Of a stretch of 64,000 bases of DNA, positions 1 to 13,930 are shown one piece after another. Each line of letters begins with the position of its first letter. The stretch's first letter is position 1. Source of the stretch: Eledone cirrhosa. Its lineage: Eukaryota. The notes under the pieces are model-generated. The model had not been told where the DNA came from, did not search any database, and saw only the letters and a list, made by a program, of their open reading frames with translations. Made by a program: the position numbers and the translations under genes. The DNA lies in contig OZ024745.1 in NCBI GenBank assembly GCA_964016885.1, forward strand, positions 31,930,001 to 31,994,000. The letters run 5' to 3'.

Positions 1-756
1 GTGAAGTGAATAATAGACACTATTATGTACAAAGCATAATATTGTAAAAGTTATGACATCACTTAATGTATGAACATCAAGCTTGAAACGATAAATTATA
101 CAATGTCAAATCTATAACTTAACTTAATAATCTGTTAGAAATTGCTGGTTGTGAAATATACAAAATGATATTGTTAGTCTCAAGGAAGCGTACCTTTTGT
201 TTCAAGTATAAAGAGTAAATTAAAATCCGAATGAGCCGAATTACGAAAGATAACTCTTGTCTTACTTAAAGATAACTCTTGTCTTACTTAATCACGAAAA
301 TTGACAGAAATAACCGAAACTTTTTTAATGTCTCCAAAGGCCCCAATATCGATTGGATAAGAATTTTGTAGATCATGTATAGGTTTTGTGCAAGGAAAAG
401 CTCTGTAAAAAATTTCAAAGAAATCGCATGAATGGTTTAGAATATATGAGCCCTCATTAAAAATTGTCCACACGCACATACAGAAAACTTCGTCTTTATA
501 TATACACAGATATAGACATAATTGTGTGTGTGTTTGCATGTGTATAGGTATATATGCATGTATATGTGTATGTGTATGTATATGTATATATATATATGTA
601 TATGCATATCTTGTGTATTTGTTTATATTTAAATTGTTTTTATTTCTCCCCCACACACTCACACCTTTCGTTGTCAACATGTCCCCCTTTTTTTACTTTA
701 TTTTGTTTTTGATTTTGATTTTTACTTTCTTATATATATATATACAAGTGGAAGCT

Positions 757-1476
757 TATTTCCAACAAAGGAAGCAACCCCGGTTTTTGGCGGGTAAATT
801 CAAAGTGTTAAGAAGGGAAATATAATTTTTCCGCTCAAACATTCCGAATAAAAGCTCTCAACCAGATGTTATTAAACAAACACATATAATTAACCAATCA
901 ACAGAATTGTCTAATTAAATTAATTAGTTAATTATTAAATCTAGGAGAAAATAGTACAAGTGGAAGCTTAGTAAAATCGAAGCTTTGGCTGTGGTCAAGC
1001 AAAGTCGGCCTACAATAGGAATGAGTTAGCAAAGCACTCAATAAGGGTCCTTAGAGTAATAACGAACGTTAAAATAGCTTGACAAATTGAACATTGCGGT
1101 AGGCAAAACCTAATACACAATACCAAAGTAACGAAAGAACTAACAGGTTAAAAGATACACCTGGACAAATGAAACGATATACGTCTAAAGTGTTTCTATG
1201 AATCCGAAATCATTTATCCAACTTACGTAACAGGCACGCTCGTGGTATTTCATGATCGAACAGAGGATTCATTTCATCAACAGGGATCCTGTTCTGCCTC
1301 AAACCGGTGTGAACAAACAAAGTGCGGTCGCTACAGAATGCAGCTTTCGAACACTTCGTTGTCACGTGTTATTTCCAACAAGGGAAGCAACCCCCGGTTT
1401 TTGGCGGGTAAATTCAAAGTGTTAACAAGGGAAATATTATAATTTCCGCTCGAACATTCCGAATAAAAGCTCTCAA
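757..1476. repeat. ~105-bp direct repeats (757-860 and 1368-1476) bounding a ~720-bp element in (TA)n
   Basis: ttatttccaacaa...ccgaataaaagctctcaa occurs twice. Confidence 0.85.
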
Positions 1477-2286
1477 TATATATACATATATTTTTTGTAT
1501 TTTTTGTTCTTATTTATTTATTTAGTTATTCCTGCTTCCTAACTACTTCCCGTATCTGCGTGTACATTTTTGAGTGCATATATATCTGTGTATATGTACG
1601 TGTATGTATTTATGTATATATCTGTGTATATGTATGTGTATGTATTTATGTTCCTGTCTGTATTTATTTGTAGACGCAAATACGCTTATGTGAGAAAGTA
1701 TACGTCTACGTACTTTTTAGTATACGCGCGTAGTTGAGTGTGTGTATGTTTACGTTCTGGATATTTATATTTTTATATGTAGAAGTTCTATTTAAATTGT
1801 TGGGATACAACAAGCAAATATTTTTATAACTGATATAAAGCACTCAACAAATTATTGGAATAAAAATACGATATATTAACAAATGGAAACGATATTTATA
1901 AAACCATATTTATTTCATTATACATATTTCAAGGACACCAAGTTAAATTATGGTGTGCTTTCATCAGATAAAATATAATGTAGATAAGTTTTATAAATAA
2001 ATATTGACATACCCTTAAAGAATGCGACCATTTCGGTTGGAAGCTCCCGGATATATATATATTTCTTATTTTTTTCCCCTATTTCCTTTTCGCCCGTTTT
2101 TTTTTCAGCCTCACTTTCATATTTCCTAAATTTTGTTTTTAAATCCATATTTCCATATTTAATAAAACCACCATGTTTTTTATTCATTCTGACAACTGAA
2201 GACAGACAACATCTGTCTTCAAGAAACCACAGGTAAATGAAATAATTATCTTATGTTGTTTATTACATAACTAAATAAATAAATAC

Positions 2287-2334
<48 letters not shown>

Positions 2335-2339
2335 CGGCG

Positions 2340-2910
2340 ATATAATTTATGGAGAAAAACTCTATTTCAATATTACTCAATCTAAAATGTAATGCATGAA
2401 AAATTGGAAAACATTATTTTTTGTAATATATCAAATCAAAATTACATTATTAAATCTTATTCTTATTTTGTTTCTTGTAAATAATTTTTTTGAAAATATC
2501 AATTCAAAACTTTTGTGAATAGGCATCATATCTTGTCATTTACCTATGGTTTAAATTTCATATAAATCGAAAGGAAAACATTTTCAGTGGGGGTTTGTGC
2601 CTCCGGGCAACCCTAATGGGGGGGTTTAAGCCCCATTAGGGTGTCTTAATATTATTGAAATTTGCTGAAATTTTGTGAATAAGCATCATATCTTGTCTTT
2701 TACCTATGGTTTAAATTTCATATAAATCGAAGGGAAAAGATTTTCAGCGGGGGTTTTGTGCACCCAGGGAACCCTTTGATTAAAATGAAATATACTTATC
2801 CAAGTACCCTGGACAATGTAGTTTCAGAATATATTTGGTTATGAGGGTCTATCTCCAAAACTATAGGAGGAGTTCGTGAACAAACAAACAGACAGGTACA
2901 ACAATTTTAT
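2340..2910 (-). mobile_element. Non-autonomous Helitron-like element fragment adjoining the RTE tail
   Basis: (ACAA/ACAG)n subterminal microsatellite at 2879-2895 as in the 21302-22570 element; internal ~160-bp tandem duplication (about 2511-2610 vs 2671-2770). Confidence 0.45.
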
Positions 2911-5900
2911 ATCATCATCATCATCGTTTAACATCCATCTTCCATGCTTGCATGGGTTTGGACGGGAATTTTCCCACTTGAGGCAAGATTGGTTGACTTG
3001 CTCATATAGGACTGTCTGGCAGGTTTTCTACGGCTGGATGCCCTTCCTAACACCAACCATGTTTACAGTGTGGACTGGGAGGTTTTTACCGTGTTACGTA
3101 CACGGCCACATTACAGCATGGACTGTGTGTGTTTTTGTCGTGACACCTACACGACCTCATTTGTTTCGGCCTGGATGTTGTGGTACCAACATAACTTTAC
3201 ATTGAAAGGGGTTGTGTGGATGGGGTGGGGGTAGTGGGACGGGGGGTGTATTTTTGTTAGAGGTGCCTACTGACTGTAGGTTTCACTTTGTACTTAGGCA
3301 AGGCGGGTCTTCTGTATTACTGTGTAGCGCCAAAGATCTCGGTCCAGTGACATTGTCTTGGAGAGGTGTAAGTGTGTGAGGTCGGAATTTATCAAGTCCT
3401 CCCAGGTTTTTCTGGGTCTGCCTACTCCGTGGCTACCGTCTATTTTTATCACCCTGCACTTTTTTATACAGCTGTCGTCTTTCATGCGCATCACGTGACC
3501 GTACCAATGTAGTCTTCTCTCGAGTAAACAACATCTGATCCCTCTTATTCCTAATTTCTCCCTTAGTTCGTTTATGCTTTGCCGTTCACATATATTACTA
3601 TTACACATCCAGCGGAGCATGCAAGCTTCGTTTCTCTCCAGTCTGCATATATCCTTTGCACACAATGCCCAGGTCTCACTGCCATGTAACATTGCTGTTC
3701 GTATGCAGGCATCATACAGCCTGCCTTTCATTTTTAGAGAGAACCTTTTAGCAGCCAATAGTGGTATAACTTTTTCCATCCTGTTCTGACTCTAGCTACT
3801 GTACTTTCAGAGAACCCTCCACCACTGCTGATTTTGTCACCCAGGTAACGGAAGGTGTCCACTATTTCTATAGAATCATCTGTGCAATGGAATGAGCTAG
3901 TATTCTGTGGGCACTTGCTGCTACTTATTGCACCAGAGCACCGGCCACATATAAAATCTATATTCTTAGTTAGCTTACCTGTGATCCCACTACATCTTTT
4001 ATGCACCCATACTTTGCATTTGGGACATAAAATGGAGTTTCTGCCTACTCTTTTCCTACACACTGAGCATGGACATTTCCCAGATGGGACCGGTGCCCTA
4101 TTTTCCTTCCTACAAACTAGAACTTTACTCTTAGACAGGTTAATTTTAAGACCTTTTGATTCTAGGCCATGCTTCCATGTTTGGAATTTCTTCTCTAGTT
4201 CAACCATTGATTCAGCTATGAGCGTTAGATCATCTGTGTATAGGAGTTCCCATGGGCAGCCGGTCTTGAACTCCACTGTTATAGCCTGAAGGGCAATAAT
4301 AAATAGTAGGGGGCTAAGAACGGAGCCCTGATGAACACCAAATTTTACACTAAACTCTTCACTATATTCGTTGTTAATTCTAACCTTGCTGGTTCTTTCT
4401 TTATACATGGCTTGTATAGCTCTCACAAGCCATTCATCAACACCTAGTTTTCTAAGAGCCCACCAGATAATGGAGCGGGGGACTCTGTCAAAGGCTTTCT
4501 CCAAGTCAACAAAAGCTAAGTATAGGGGTTTACTTTTAGCTAGGTACTTCTCCTGTAGTTGTCGTACAATAAAAAGAGCGTCTGTGGTACTTTTACCTGA
4601 CACAAACCCGAACTGCATTTCATCTAGATCAATTCGCTCTCTGATTAGTTGCGCTATTACTTTTTCTGTGACCTTTATGACCTGGTCGATTAATTTAATG
4701 CCTCTATAGTTACCCCTATCTAGAGCATCTCCTTTACCCTTGTAGCAGTTAATGATTATGCTGCTATGCCAGTCCTTCGGAACGACCCCATTCTGTATGA
4801 CTTGGTTTACTATCCGGGTGACCATAGTGTGTCCCACCGTTCCAGATGCTTTCAGCATTTCGGCAACTATTTCCCAAGGCTCAGCCGCCTTGCCTGTCTT
4901 CATATCTTTGATTGCCTTACTTATTATACTACCTTTAGCTAGCACTGCTGGTCCCTCTATTGGATCGATGTGGAGGAGACTGTCTTTCTCCCATTTATTC
5001 TCCTCATTTAGTAGCCTTTCGTAGTGGCACTTCCAAGCTACCTTCTTATCAGCGTCAGTGATGGCAAGTGCACCATCATCGTTCAGGACACACTTCTCCC
5101 CGACAATATCACGGTTTTCCTTGACACATTGCCTAGCAATCCTGAGCACCTCACGTTTTTGGTCCTCGTTTTCCTTCCTCTGCTTCCCTTCTTGCGAAGT
5201 ACACTTGTCTCCTAGCTGCCCTCCTGGCCACTTGATAGTCTTCTCTACTTCCCCCATCCCGCCATACTTTCCAAGCCTGCTCTTTGGCCTTAATTGACTC
5301 CTCCACCTTACTGTTCTACCACCACGTTACTCTCCTCCTGCCTATAGGCCTGCTCCAGCCATAGACTTCATCTGCCGCATTCAGCAGGTTAGCTTTCAGG
5401 AATTCCCACTGTTCCTCTATATTGTACAACTCTAATTGCTCTTCCTTACTGTCAAAAGCTTCAAGTAATATCCTTTTAAATTTATTACTGGCTGTGGGGT
5501 CCTTTAGATTCCATATTTTTCTCCTGAGGATAGTCCTCCTCTGTTGTCGAGTACGTCTTGTCCTGACTATGAGGTCACTGACTATGAGTCTATGTTGGGA
5601 GGTGCATTCTTCATGGGGGAGGGATTTAGTGTTTACAACAGACACTCTATCACGTCTTCTGGTAAGGATATAATCTATCTGACTGGCGTGTTCCCCTGAT
5701 CTATAGGTGATCAAATGATTGTCTCGTTTTTTGAAGTTAGTGTTACAGATAGTTAGGTTATTTGCATCACAGAATTCCAGGATTCTGGAGCCTTCCTCAT
5801 TTCTAGTACCAAACCCATAGCCTCCATGGATTCCGTCATAGCCGTCTCAATGTTGTCCAACGTGACCATTTAGGTCGCCAGCAATTATGTAGTCACTGTC

Positions 5901-6630
5901 GGTTATTTGGGAGGTAGTGAGCATCAATGTCTCATAGAATCTATCTTTTATAGTGCCAGGCAGTCCAGATTGGGGTGTGTACGCAGATATTACTGTCACA
6001 GTAGTTCTATTTAGGACAAGTCTTATTTTAATTATTCTGTCGTTCACTCTATTTACATCTATTATCTTATCTACCCATTTTTCTGCTAACATAATTCCTA
6101 CCCCACCCAGCCCATTGTCATTTCCCACCCAGAAAAGCTTATAGCATCATTTTTTACCAACAATGAATCTAGCAGACCCACCCCTCCACCTGGTCTCTTG
6201 GATACAGCAAACATCAATCCCCTTACGTTCAAGCATTTCTACAACCTCGTTAGAGCGACCTTTTAAGGTGCCTACATTCATGGTACCAACTCTGAAGTTT
6301 TGGATTGCGTTTGGTGGGTGGGAACGGTGGGGCACGGGGAGGGGTAAGAGGGATGGGTTGCGGTTATGTTCGCCATCCGCGGCCGAAATAAAGAGGGGGA
6401 GTCCTTGCCTTTTCGTCCGGCAGCATTGGGTGAATTTGTCTTTATCTTTGGCATTGTCACTGAGTGTCCAGATTTTTCAGAATCTCCAGAATTCCTTAGT
6501 CCATTCATCATATCGAAAGGCAAACAGGAGAAGTGATAGCATAGGCCGCTGACTTATGATTGGTCCAGATAATAATGGTGGCGAGTGGGGGCGGGTGGGA
6601 GGGGTATGGGGTAGTTAGCGAGAAGGTTTA
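2911..6630 (-). mobile_element. Near full-length RTE-clade LINE (APE + RT + PHD-like finger), frameshifted
   Basis: ORF pieces 6335-3294: APE motifs (VGTMNVGTL, CIQETRW, AGDLNGHVG, QIDYIL), RT motifs (NYRGIKL, QFGF, FVDLEKAFD, GVHQGSVLSPLLF, YTDD), RTE C-terminus (HGSETW, LHWYGHVMR, GRPRKTW); (GAT)n tail at 2911. The 5' boundary is approximate. Confidence 0.95.
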
Positions 6631-7021
6631 AATAAATCCTCGAATTTTGGGCATAATTGGACAAGCATATACAGTAATAAGCGAATAATGGGATTTTAAA
6701 ATACAAGAAGATTATTTAGAACAACCAGACAGAATTATAGAATAGCATTGAGAAAGAGCAAAGATTGGATTCTGGGCAATGATGTGGCTATATGAATGGA
6801 CCAGGAAGATGGAGAGACAAGAAAAAAATGGCATTTTACATTACATTTCACAGGAGAGCGAGCAAGTCTGACCATTAATAAGAGTTGACAAAATCTGAGA
6901 TTCGTACCTTGTATATATAAATATAAAATTAAATCAAGTGAAGTCTTTCTTTTCATTTTTTCAAATATACCCAACTGTACCAAGGATTTCACATATTTTC
7001 CAATATATATATATATATATA

Positions 7022-7435
7022 CTAGCAGAGGTACCCGGCGTTATGTATACCATTTATGTCAATACTTCAGTGCTGCTTCGAAAACTATACTTTTACAAAA
7101 TCATCGGCTTTTTCCCAAAGGGGGTTCATGCCCCCAGGGGTCCCCTATTCAATATGTGCCAATTCACATTAATCTGTAGAACAAACGTAGCCCATGTGTC
7201 AAGTTTTGTGAAAATCGGTTGCGAACTCCAGAAGTTATGACGTTTTGTTGCATTGCACTGCAGTGCTTCAGTCGACTCCAAGGAAGCGGTTGAAGGGGGT
7301 TATCTGCCAGGAGGCCTTATAATCAATATCTGGAAAAATGAAAGTGACCATCCGGAATACATAAGTAACCTATGTCTTAAGTTTGGTGAAAATACTGTAG
7401 AAATGCATAAGGCTTACACACACACGCACGTTTAG
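7022..7435 (-). mobile_element. Non-autonomous Helitron-like element (3' CTAG end)
   Basis: ctagcagaggtacccggcgtt at 7022 matches the end of the element at 21302. Confidence 0.6.
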
Positions 7436-8206
7436 GCCATACGTATGTACTGGCCTAAATCTTCACTATTTACTATTTTAATAACCTCTGTCATTTTCGT
7501 TTTCAATTTTATTTACATCATTCTTAAACTCCGGGGCTGGAAATCATTTGGTTATTTTAAATCACAGGTTCTCAACCCATTTGTCCCTCAAAATCACGAA
7601 ACGCCCCCCTACCCTATTTTTCCATTCAATATACTACTGATTTTGATATCAGTATACTACAAAAATATTGATTAACAATATTCCAAAGATACCATTGCAG
7701 GCAGCTGAGAGTATAAATACATTCCTTGAAAGGAAATATATAAATTTCAAAAAAAGGAACATAAATGTTTTTTTTTTTATGAATAAGGACCAGTTGAATT
7801 TGTTATATTCCCACCAGGCGATACCAGCTATTTTGAACATTTATACAAGAGCAACTCTGTCTATCCCAAGAGTGCTCTTATCTGGAAGAAAGTGGCAATT
7901 ATATCATTTCAAAGCTTTTCAATTTTCCCTTTAATGAAACGGACAGAATAAATGTTGATATCTAACTTGATGTCCCCTCTGCTTTGTGAGCTTAGAGACC
8001 ACAGAAGAGGGTTTTCATGACCACGCGGGAGGGTATATTTATTAGTAAATGGTAAAATATATACAACAAATGAGTAAGTGAATTGTAGTAGATGGTTTCC
8101 AGTCCAGTCAGACTGCAACTACAAATAAAAAATTGTTAGTTTGCTTTGTAACAATAGCATATCCAAGTTTTCGGATAAATTAACTTACTTTAACTTTGAC
8201 CTCATT

Positions 8207-9262
8207 TCAATGGGACCCTTTAGCTTCATGGAGTCTAGCTAACTCTTTGATGTGAGGCTGAATTTTCCTAAGATGTAGCCAGAGATCTCCACGTGTAATT
8301 ACATTGTAGCGGTTGCGAGACTTACTGTGCAGTCTGGAAACAGCACCAAACCTCTACTCAACTAAGTATGAGCTTGGAAAAGGCTGAGCAAATCTCCTAG
8401 CCTCTGCATGTAGGTGTGGAAATCAACGCTGAATTTCCTCTTGCATCCCCAAAAGGGGTTCACCTATTTTGGGAAATCTAATTTTGATCATGTCATCTGC
8501 TTGAAGTTCAATGAATTCTTCCTGAAATTTAACGTCCAAATTGTCGACGTTAGCTATGAAGGGATCTGCTATCCACATTGGGATGTCCATCGGCAAAAGG
8601 TCGACAAACTGTTCTCTCATGTTGTCTTGTAGCGCACGGAGGTGAGTGGTATAAATTTGAAGTTGGTCATCGCTTACAATGTTTTGAGCATTGGCGACAC
8701 TAGGAAAATTATAGAATTCCCATCAACAAAGATTCCTTTCGATGACATTCAATTTGGCCAGGAATGTTTTCACAGCATTCCTTGCTTTAAGCAAGGTGAT
8801 CTTCTTTCCCTGCAAAGCCAAAATGACGCTATTGCATTTGTTGAAGATGTTGGTGAGGTAGGCGCAGTCTTGCCTCACATCGATGGTTTTCTTGTACAGT
8901 TCTGTGTTGCATCCTCGCAGAAACTCAATGATAGAGTCGAAGAGTTCAAAGAAGTGAGTAATGCACTTGCCCTTTGAAAGCCACCTCACTTCAGCATGAA
9001 GGAGCAACTTGACGAATTCTTCGCCATTATCTTGGCACAGTTGCTGGAAAATTCGTTCATTGAGAGAATGCCGTTTGATAAAATTGATGACATCAATGGC
9101 CACCTGTAAGGACTTGCTCAGCGGCTTGCTGAATTTCTTCGCAGCCAAGTGTTGTCGATGAATGACACAATGAACAACAAATACAGATAGATTTTCTCTC
9201 TTCAGAAGAGTGACGAAACCCTTATGTTGGCCGACCATTGCTCTTGCGCCGCCCGTAGCACA
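8207..9262 (-). mobile_element. hAT (Charlie/Buster, SCAND3/ZBED5-like) transposase remnant
   Basis: GARAMVGQHKGFV, HCVIHRQHLAAK and LLLHAEVRWLSKG motifs plus a dimerisation-domain remnant (PSSYLVE...RGDL...GSH*); frameshifted. Confidence 0.9.
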
Positions 9263-9270
9263 TGATATAA

Positions 9271-9608
9271 TGTGTGTTATATGTGGTCCTAGATGTATGT
9301 ATTACCTGCCTGTGTGTTGTATGCAGTCCTAGATGTATGTATTACCTGCTTATGTATTGCATGTGGTCCCAGCTGTATGTATTACCTGCTTGTGTGTTGT
9401 ATGTGGTCCTAGATGTGTGTATTACCTCCTTATGTGTTGTAGGTGGTCCTAGATGTATGTATTACCTGATTATGTGTTACCTCTTTATGTGTTGCATGTG
9501 GTCCTAGATGCGCGTATTACTTGCTTATGTGTTGTATGTGGTCCTAGATGTGTGTATTATCTGATTATGTGTTGTATGTGGTCCTAGATGTGTGTGCTAC
9601 CCGCTACT
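9271..9608. repeat. About 40-bp minisatellite, about 8 copies
   Basis: atgtggtcctagatgtatgtattacctgcttgtgtgttgt units. Confidence 0.9.
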
Positions 9609-10303
9609 GTGTTTTTTCTTTTCTTTTTTTTTTATTTGTAATATTATTTATACAATAGGGAATAAAATAGATCTACATAGTGTTAACTACATAGTGTTAA
9701 CTCGGTTGAGTCAATAATTTCAGACATGAAATACATTGTTATAGGTGAAGGAAAGAGAAGATTCTAACTGGCTGCGCTCAAAGTGTCCTTGACCCAGTTG
9801 ACTGTGGATTTTTCCATTTTTAGGATCTCAATTGCCGGTTAATATCTAGACACGCCTTCAGAGCTGCAGTCAGACCATAGTTATGCTGTCTGCATGCTCA
9901 TTCAAATGCATTCACACTGACTGTCTCAAAGACATTCAAATATGGCTTATAAAACTTACCAAAGTAAAGAGCCTTCCAACGCTCCCCTGGTGTTCCGAAA
10001 CACCCCCCGGGTGTTTTAAATAGAATATTAGTCTAACGACTCCATTTATACCATAAACTTGGTCTTGACTTTGCATGAAATTGTTCTTCTCAGTCCACAT
10101 AATGACGTATTATCCTCGCTTTATTTCCGTTCATTGCCAGGGAACGTCTTCACGAACCAAAATATTGTCTTCCTGTTTTCTTTCGGTTGCAACGTTTCTC
10201 GAAATATTTACTTCTGCGTTCACAGATTAAATTTTTTAGTTTCAGAAGATCCTGTTAATGTTAAAAGCAGCGATTCTTTGCTTAAACTTTAATCTGTTCT
10301 TAT

Positions 10304-10371
<68 letters not shown>

Positions 10372-10654
10372 TGCTTTATACGGCTTTTGGAGGAAGGAGT
10401 GACCAGCAGTACGTTGTTCGGTATTATTACAAAAAGGTGTAGCAGAGAATCCCGCGTGAACTAACAGCTCAGGAGGAAACTGCTTATCTCGAACATTCAT
10501 TCGCCATCGTTCTTGTCAACGCTCCTTTTTTTGGTATTTGTTGGTCTACAGTTAGATGAATAGTGCACAAATGGTTAATGTTTATTGGCTAGATGTTTTT
10601 TTAATAATAAAAGACGGGTTAAAGCAACCTACAATGTATCTGTATATATATATA

Positions 10655-10689
<35 letters not shown>

Positions 10690-10694
<5 letters not shown>

Positions 10695-11697
10695 GATAAA
10701 TCTACCAAAAGTTTACGGTAGTGTCCAATCCGTATGAAGAACTCAATGTAATCCGGATATCATGAAAAGAGAAGATGCATTCAAAAACTACTTTCGGTGA
10801 AAAATAAACGGAAAACAGAGTCAAAATAAATTAATAAAATAATGAATAAACAAAAAAACAGTTCCTTATATTAAAAAAATTCATCATTTTACGATCGTTT
10901 CTAGGATATATATGTGTTAGAGTTGGTATGCATATTCTATAGATCTATGTACAATATTTATACAAACTATCAGAGGGAATATACATACCTACACATATAT
11001 ATGCTGTCTTCAGAAATAATGATATTTGTTTATTGAAAAAAACAAAGATTCAATACAATAGGTCTGTTTGGGAACAGGTTTTGAATTGACTAATAGAGAG
11101 ATAGTGAGGGTCAGGATAGTAATATAGTAGTAGAAGAACCTTAAATTATGGGTAGAGGAAGGTAGATTTCAGTTTTGGATGGAAAAGAATATTATGAATG
11201 AAGGATTATTTTAGGGAAGAAATAGGTCTTATGCTGACCTCAGAAATAATTTTATTTTTTCATTGAATAAAACCAACAAAGATCTAATATATTCTGTCTG
11301 TTTGGTAAGAGGTTTAGAATTAACCAATAGAAAGTTAATAATTGGCCAAATGGTAAAATAGTAGTAATTGAAGCTTATTTTAGGGGTGAAAATAGGTCAG
11401 GTGGTCAGTAAAAGGTATACAAGCAGTTGCTGTTATGAAATAGTAATGCCAATACAAATATCTAAGGTGACTAAAGTTTTAAGATAAGAATGTTAGTGAA
11501 AGAAATACATCTATGAAAAGAATATATATATATATATATATATATATACTTATACATATATATATACATATATATACACATACACGCACATATATATATA
11601 TATATATATATACACTTATATATATACATATATATACATATATATACACATACACACACACATACACACATATATATATATACATATACATACATAT

Positions 11698-11756
<59 letters not shown>

Positions 11757-13930
11757 GATATATACATGCATATATACATACATACACATACATATACACA
11801 CACATATATATACATATAATTATTGGGGGGGGAGATTAAATTTATTAGTGAGAATAGTAAATATATATAGTTTTCAAGGAACATAGAGTCATAACCTGAA
11901 GTTAAAGCATTATATATGTTTACTTAATGGTATCAGTTTTAGGAAATGATATTTGTAAGAAGGAAAGCAAAATTATGTAGTTCATCAGTAGTAGAATATT
12001 AATTATAGGTTAACTAAATTAAAAATAGTTTATATATTAATTTCAAAAGTGTATATTAATTAGGTTTATAATTTTTAAAGCAGAATTATGTAGTTCATCA
12101 GTAGTAGAATATTAATTATAGGTTAACTAAATTAAAATAATTTATAAATTAATTTCTAAAGTGTATATTAATTAGGTTTATAATATTTAAAGGTTTTTCT
12201 CAGTTTATGATTACACGATATTATTAATTCCTGTCGCTTATTTAATAGGATATCCTTAGATTTCATTATTTCAAAAAGTTCTTGGGAACATAATCAACAT
12301 TCATTTCTACTATTTTGATAAGGGGTGGCCCTTTTGAGCACACTCCAGGTCAGGTCATATTCTATATTCCTCTTTCTATAACTATTTATTATTTCAGCTA
12401 GAGATGTTGTATTAGCTAGTGCGGCATTTTTAAAACTATGTTTGTGGGTATTAAATCTTACCTTAAATTTGTTAGAGGTAGCTCCTATATATGAATAAAT
12501 TGAGTCCTTAGTGTTAACTTTACATTTATATACTATGTTATTAACAAGGCAATTTCCTTTTAATGGACAGTTTGCCTTGTTTCTACAGTTACAACTTTTT
12601 GTGAATCCTGTATCTGAGGAGATATTATGGTTAGTTTGATGTACTGGTGGTATACTCATGGTTTTTTTACATTTATATGCATTATAGGCACTTATATTTT
12701 GTTTTATGTTTTTGGTTGTTGAGTAGGAGAATTTAGCCGTTGATCTATTTAAGATTTGATGGTATTTGTGGTTTGGCGGGAAGTTTTTCTCTAGGATATT
12801 AAAGTATTTTTTAGGTATATTATCCTTAATTTGTAAATTAAATGGAGCATTGTACCAAGTAACTCGTCTATTACGGTTTCGATGTTGTTTATTGTTTTTA
12901 TAGGATGCATCCTGATGTTTATTAAGAGAATTATTGTTAATGACCTCACCACACACATTTTTGGTTAGATTTATTGATTTAGGTGTTTTAGCTTGTTTAT
13001 TAGGAGTTTTATTATTAACATTTATTAGAGTTGTAGGATGAGTAGTTTTTTGAGAGTTACTATACTGTATATTAGAAGAGTTAGAGAAATTTGGTTTTAT
13101 GTTGGTGTTTTGGGGTATAGTGTGAGTGGCATTTAGGTGTGTATGTTTCATTTGGTGTTTGTTGGTAATATTAGGTTGTATGTTTGTAGTGTTATTGGTA
13201 GAAGGTATATATACTAATCTATTTTTGTGGCCACTTCTAGCTAGAGCTTCGTTATAAAAGGTCGCATTTTTATCAAATACATCTTGGTTAGACGAAAGGT
13301 TAGAAATTCTAAGTGATATATTATATGCAAGGTTTTTAAGGATAGATTTAGGGTGATTAGATTGTGAGTGTATGTAGTGTAAATTTTGGTTGGGTTTATG
13401 GTAAGGTTGGTAGATACCCGTAGATAAGTCTAATGTTATATCTAGGAAATTAACTACTTTACTTGTGTTTTCAAATGTAATATCTAGACTATAATAGTCT
13501 TTGAGGAAAGTTCTAATAAGCTTTTTATTTTTTTCTATCTCTGAGAGGCTAAGGTTATTGGAAAGAAGAAGACAGTCGTCACGATATAAACCACCTTTAA
13601 GGTGGGGAAAAGAAGCATTTATGTTAAAAAGAAGAAAGCGGCCCACAAGATCAGTAATTTGGGCAGAATCGCTTGAGCCCATAGTAATATCGAATAGATT
13701 ACTATATGTGTTTCTGGTCCAGTATTCATTCTGAAATTCCAATAGTGTTAGTCTAGCATGTGTAATAATATTAATGTCATCCAAAGTTAAGTTAGATCTA
13801 TTTTTAGCAAATATCAAGGCTTTGTTCAGGAGTATAGGTGATATAGAAGAATAATAATTATCTATATCAAATTGTAGAAATGAAGCAGAGGATTTATTTC
13901 TAATATTATTAAACCAGTTAATTACTAAAG
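10690..13930 (-). mobile_element. Penelope-like element (RT + CxCx5C linker + GIY-YIG), 5'-truncated, left part of a large palindrome
   Basis: ORF 12294-14000: FDIDNYYSSI, FDITMGSSD, YRDD, NFLDITLDL, SNHP, CNCRNKANCPLKGNCL, IVY..YIGAT..FKVRFNTH; premature TGA at 12294; long AT-rich 3' region ending in (TA)n. Confidence 0.93.
10881..11022 (-). ncRNA. Mirror copy of the hammerhead motif in the left palindrome arm
   Basis: Reverse complement of 16027-16168. Confidence 0.65.

Noticed and set aside
8207-9262. Domesticated SCAND3/ZBED host gene
   Set aside because: Frameshifts, stops and a missing N-terminus indicate a dead transposon.
12294-12296. In-frame TGA in the PLE endonuclease as selenocysteine (as in Naiad PLEs)
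   Set aside because: The other arm has AGA (Arg) at this position, not Cys, so it is a simple nonsense mutation.
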